A stretch of DNA of 40,508 bases from Microcoleaceae cyanobacterium (GTDB taxonomy: Bacteria > Cyanobacteriota > Cyanobacteriia > Cyanobacteriales > Microcoleaceae), in assembly GCA_051652765.1 (NCBI GenBank), contig JBOFUV010000134.1, positions 1-40,508 of the forward strand, written 5' to 3'. The translations under genes were made by a program, and so were the position numbers. Below the pieces are notes generated by a model. The model was not told the DNA's origin and searched no databases. It saw nothing but the letters and a program-made list of their open reading frames with translations. Shown here piece after piece: positions 37,047-40,508 of this stretch; position 1 is the first letter of the stretch, and every line of letters starts with the position of its first letter.

Positions 37047-40000
37047 CTAGAAACTGAGGAACTGCCCAGAGGTTAAGTCCGCTGCTGCAATCTCCGTCAA
37101 GGTGACTAACTGTTGCTCACCAACAAAGATATTAGTGTTGCCACTGCCATCGTCAGTTAAGGTCAACTGGCTAAAGGTTAACCCGCCACCCAGGACAATT
37201 TGGTCTTGTTCGAGTTCAAAGTCTTGAATCAAGTTACCAGAATTGCCGCTGAAGAACACAAATAAATCCTCTCCGTCCCCTCCAACTAAAGTGTCGCGGC
37301 CATCACCGCCCACCAGGGTGTCATTGCCCTCATCTCCCAGGAGTGAGTCATTCCCAGCGCCACCCCAGGCAATGTCATCATCCTTGCCAGCGAATAGGGT
37401 GTCATTGTCCTCATTGCCACAGAGTTCATCCCGACCTTCATCACCGAAGAGGATATCCCGACCAGTACCGCCATAGAGCTTGTCCTGCTGACCATTGGCT
37501 CCCACTGCTGGAGAATCCCCATCATCAATCGGGTCACCCCGCAGGGTGTCATTGCCTGCATCGCCGCAGAGGGTGTCGTTGCCGTTGTCTCCCAAGAGGA
37601 AGTCATCTCCAGGTTCACCCCAGAGGAAGTCATTCTCCTGACCCCCAAAAGCCGTATCATCTCCCTCCCCAGCAATAATCTGGTCATCCCCTTCATTGCC
37701 GTCAATTCGGTCATTGCCACTACCTGCAAAGATCAAATCTGAACCATCCGCATCCCGAACCGGGTCGTCAGCATCATTAAAAGTACCGCCGAAGAGGGTG
37801 TCATCTCCCTCTTCTCCGAGCAGGGTGTCGTTGCCCAATTCTCCTAGAACCAGGTCATTGTCCTTGCCACCGCGCACATCATCGTTCTGTTCACCACCGT
37901 TCAGGGTGTCTTGACCCAAGTTCCCGGCAATCACGTCATCGCCTTCATTCCCGAAGATAATATCTTGTTCCCCGGTATCTCCTAATGGGTCATCACCACT
38001 GGGGCCACCCACCAGGGTATCATTCCCCAGTTCACCAAATAGGATGTCGTTGCCTTCGTTCCCATCCATCAGGTCATCATTCTGGCCGCCGTGGACTTGG
38101 TCATTGCCTTCATTGCCAACCAGGGTGTCATTATTCTGGTTGCCAAACAGGGTATCATTGCCCTCTCCACCAAACATCAAGTCTTGACCGTCCAAGTCTT
38201 GAGGAACCCCAAGAGCGTTGCTGGTTCCACCCAGAAGTGTATCATCCCCCTGTTCCCCCAGGAGAGTATCATTCCCCAATTCTGACAGAACTAGGTCATC
38301 TCCCTGACCCGCAAAGACTAAGTCGTTGCCTTGACCGCCATTCAGAGTGTCATTTCCCCTTGCGCCTGCAAGCAGATCATCACCGTCATCAGCTTGAATC
38401 AGGTCAGGATCAGGATCGCGAGCATCGGCAGGGCCCCCTGTAATTCCACCAATTAGGGTGTCATTGCCTGCGTCTCCCTTAAGGAAGTCGTTGCCGGGAT
38501 CACCGTAAATCAGGTCATCCCCTGCTGAACCCAATGACCCGTCATTGCCTGTGCCAGAGAGAATCGTGTCATTCCCAGCCTCCGCCAGCAGAATATCATT
38601 GCCGCCCAAACCATCAATCTGGTCAGCATCCTCGGTTCCTTGAAGGATGTCTCCAGCCTCTGTCCCTTCAATGGTGTTGGTGCTGGCATCTGGACGAAGG
38701 GGTAGAATTTCTGTTGGAGGAACAGGGGAGATAGCAATGCTAATCGGGTCTGGTGACGGTGGTTCAGGACATTCGGGACAGTCTGGTGGAATCGGGGCGA
38801 TCGCGGCGTTGATTGTGATCGTCACTGTTGCCGTATCGAACCCGCCGTTGCCATCACTAATTTGGTAGGTAAAGGTGTCCGTTCCCGTGAAGCCTGCGGG
38901 TGGGGTGTAGATGAACTGATCCCCATCAATGACAACGGTACCGCCGTTGACTGAATTAGCGTCAAACTGGCTGATTGTTAAAGGATCTCCATCCGGATCA
39001 GAGTCATTGCTCAATGCTCCAATGGTGACTGGAGCATCAACTAGGGTTGTAACCCTGTCATCATTGGCAACGGGAGGAGCATTTGTTGGGCCAGGAACCA
39101 CAATCGTTACCGTAGCAGTATCAGTTCCGCCTTGACCATCAGAAATAGTGTAGGTAAAGGTGTCTGTTCCCGTGAATCCGTTGGGTGGGGTGTACAGAAA
39201 CTGATTCCCATTCAGTTGTACTTGCCCCCTTGTCCTCGTAGTGTCAAAATCTACAATATTTAGGGGGTCACCGTCTGGGTCTGAGTCATTCCTCAAGGGG
39301 CTGATCAATGTGATGCTGTTAAAGGCTCCGGATACAAAGTCATCAACTGCAACAGGAGGAGTATTTACAGTGGTATCAACAATGGTGATATTGACCGTTG
39401 TTGTAGATGCATCACCATTGGGATTTTCAATTGTGTAGGTGAAGGTATCGGTGCCAACAAAACTAGGATTAGGAGTATAAACAAAACGATCATCGCTGGG
39501 GTCAGGAGTGCCGTTATCGTTAAGCGTTACTGTACCGCTGGTGGGATTGGTAAAGCTAACAATCTCCAACGGCAAGTTGTTCGGGTCAGAGTCATTCACC
39601 AGAACGTCAATGTTGACTGGAGTGGCTGGAGGGGTTGTGGTGCGGTCAGGGGCAGCTAGAGGAATATCTCCGACTAAAACAGTTACGTTGGCCGTCAGAA
39701 CATTACCGTCAGGATCAGTGACATCATAGGTAAACGTATCTGTACCCGTAAAACCAGGAGCAGGGGTATAGACCAGAACGTCATCTGCTGGATCATTGGG
39801 GGTGCCGTTGTCGTCAAATGTCACACTACCATTGGGTGGGTCGCTAAAACCGTCAGGAATCAGGGTGAAGGGGCCACCATCACCCTGATTGTCGTTATCC
39901 AGGACACTAATCGTTACTGGTTGACCTGGAGGGGTTGTGGCAAAGTCATCCTGCACTGGGGAAAGCTCAGTGATTCGGATAGTAACGGTTGCGGTATCTG

Positions 40001-40508
40001 TCAATCCAGAAGGATTGACAATTTCGTAAACAAAACTATCCGTTCCGGTAAATCCTGAGTTAGGAGTGTAAATGGCAAAGTCATCCGTTGCATCGTTAGG
40101 AGTACCATTGTCGTTGATGGTGACTGTACCGTTGATGGGATTCTGAGTAACGCCAACCAACTCAACCGGATCGCCACTGGGATCAAAGTCATCCTCCAGA
40201 ATATTCAAGAAGACGGGCACATCAACGGGAGTAATAGCACTGTCATCTACAGCAACAGGGGGGGTCACGGCTAGAATGGTCAGTTGGTAATCCTCAACTT
40301 CCCCATCAGGAGCAGCACTCGTAGCAGTGATGTTGGGATCAGTAGAGATGCGGAATCGGGCAAAGGTATCTCCCCCAACAATCCCTGTAAATCCTGGAGC
40401 GGTTGTAGCATCCCAGGTGAGGGTGGCTGTGGTGGCATTATTGGCAACAATGGCTGAAACTGCTTCATCAGCCTGGAAGACCCCATCTCCATCAAAGTCA
40501 ATCCAACC
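37047..40508 (-). CDS. Large RTX adhesin (GEVED domain, five Ig-like repeats, Pro-rich linker, RTX repeats); 5' end outside the window
   Basis: Frame is open from the window edge (GWIDFDGDGVF...FARFRIS...DGEVEDY) into the 1073-aa ORF; repeats PVAVDD...NDSDPDG...YTP..GFTGTDTFTY; many GxxGND nonapeptides. Confidence 0.93.
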   Translation of the reverse strand, partial: GWIDFDGDGVFQADEAVSAIVANNATTATLTWDATTAPGFTGIVGGDTFARFRISTDPNITATSAAPDGEVEDYQLTILAVTPPVAVDDSAITPVDVPVFLNILEDDFDPSGDPVELVGVTQNPINGTVTINDNGTPNDATDDFAIYTPNSGFTGTDSFVYEIVNPSGLTDTATVTIRITELSPVQDDFATTPPGQPVTISVLDNDNQGDGGPFTLIPDGFSDPPNGSVTFDDNGTPNDPADDVLVYTPAPGFTGTDTFTYDVTDPDGNVLTANVTVLVGDIPLAAPDRTTTPPATPVNIDVLVNDSDPNNLPLEIVSFTNPTSGTVTLNDNGTPDPSDDRFVYTPNPSFVGTDTFTYTIENPNGDASTTTVNITIVDTTVNTPPVAVDDFVSGAFNSITLISPLRNDSDPDGDPLNIVDFDTTRTRGQVQLNGNQFLYTPPNGFTGTDTFTYTISDGQGGTDTATVTIVVPGPTNAPPVANDDRVTTLVDAPVTIGALSNDSDPDGDPLTISQFDANSVNGGTVVIDGDQFIYTPPAGFTGTDTFTYQISDGNGGFDTATVTITINAAIAPIPPDCPECPEPPSPDPISIAISPVPPTEILPLRPDASTNTIEGTEAGDILQGTEDADQIDGLGGNDILLAEAGNDTILSGTGNDGSLGSAGDDLIYGDPGNDFLKGDAGNDTLIGGITGGPADARDPDPDLIQADDGDDLLAGARGNDTLNGGQGNDLVFAGQGDDLVLSELGNDTLLGEQGDDTLLGGTSNALGVPQDLDGQDLMFGGEGNDTLFGNQNNDTLVGNEGNDQVHGGQNDDLMDGNEGNDILFGELGNDTLVGGPSGDDPLGDTGEQDIIFGNEGDDVIAGNLGQDTLNGGEQNDDVRGGKDNDLVLGELGNDTLLGEEGDDTLFGGTFNDADDPVRDADGSDLIFAGSGNDRIDGNEGDDQIIAGEGDDTAFGGQENDFLWGEPGDDFLLGDNGNDTLCGDAGNDTLRGDPIDDGDSPAVGANGQQDKLYGGTGRDILFGDEGRDELCGNEDNDTLFAGKDDDIAWGGAGNDSLLGDEGNDTLVGGDGRDTLVGGDGEDLFVFFSGNSGNLIQDFELEQDQIVLGGGLTFSQLTLTDDGSGNTNIFVGEQQLVTLTEIAAADLTSGQFLSF

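Noticed and set aside
35632..37272. Diversity-generating retroelement TR/VR pair
   Set aside because: Mismatches are not adenine-specific and there is no reverse transcriptase in the window
37243..39729. Numerous short plus-strand ORFs
   Set aside because: Antisense shadows of the repetitive RTX/Ig coding sequence
40280..40501. Separate 73-aa ORF upstream of the adhesin
   Set aside because: It is an alternative frame; the adhesin frame is open through this region and encodes a GEVED domain

Overview
Cyanobacterial chromosome segment (more than 30 HIP1 octamers GCGATCGC; cyanobacterial-type tpiA, folP, sat, efp-accB, NAD kinase, TLP40-like cyclophilin, PEP-CTERM protein, Uma2 genes). Most of it is housekeeping plus tRNA-Val(TAC). 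Two accessory features stand out. (1) At ~25.1-30.7 kb there is an integron-type gene-cassette array on the minus strand with four 86-89 bp attC-like sites and no integrase in the window (CALIN-like). It carries two VOC-fold cassettes, a 2.8 kb self-regulated four-gene cassette (lysR divergent from SnoaL/4-OT/SDR) and a cassette holding an internally deleted gene. A 22-bp tandem array lies at its head and an internally deleted IS5-family element at its tail. (2) At 6.5-8.9 kb there is an APC transporter - non-canonical PII - YnfA operon in which the PII has a rewritten, extended hydrophobic T-loop and a C-terminal tail. Also present: two MITE insertions with 5-bp target duplications, a Tat-type pseudo-orthocaspase, many short intergenic tandem repeats, and the 3' part of a large GEVED/Ig-like/RTX adhesin that runs off the right edge. 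All calls come from reading motifs by eye; no database searches were run.
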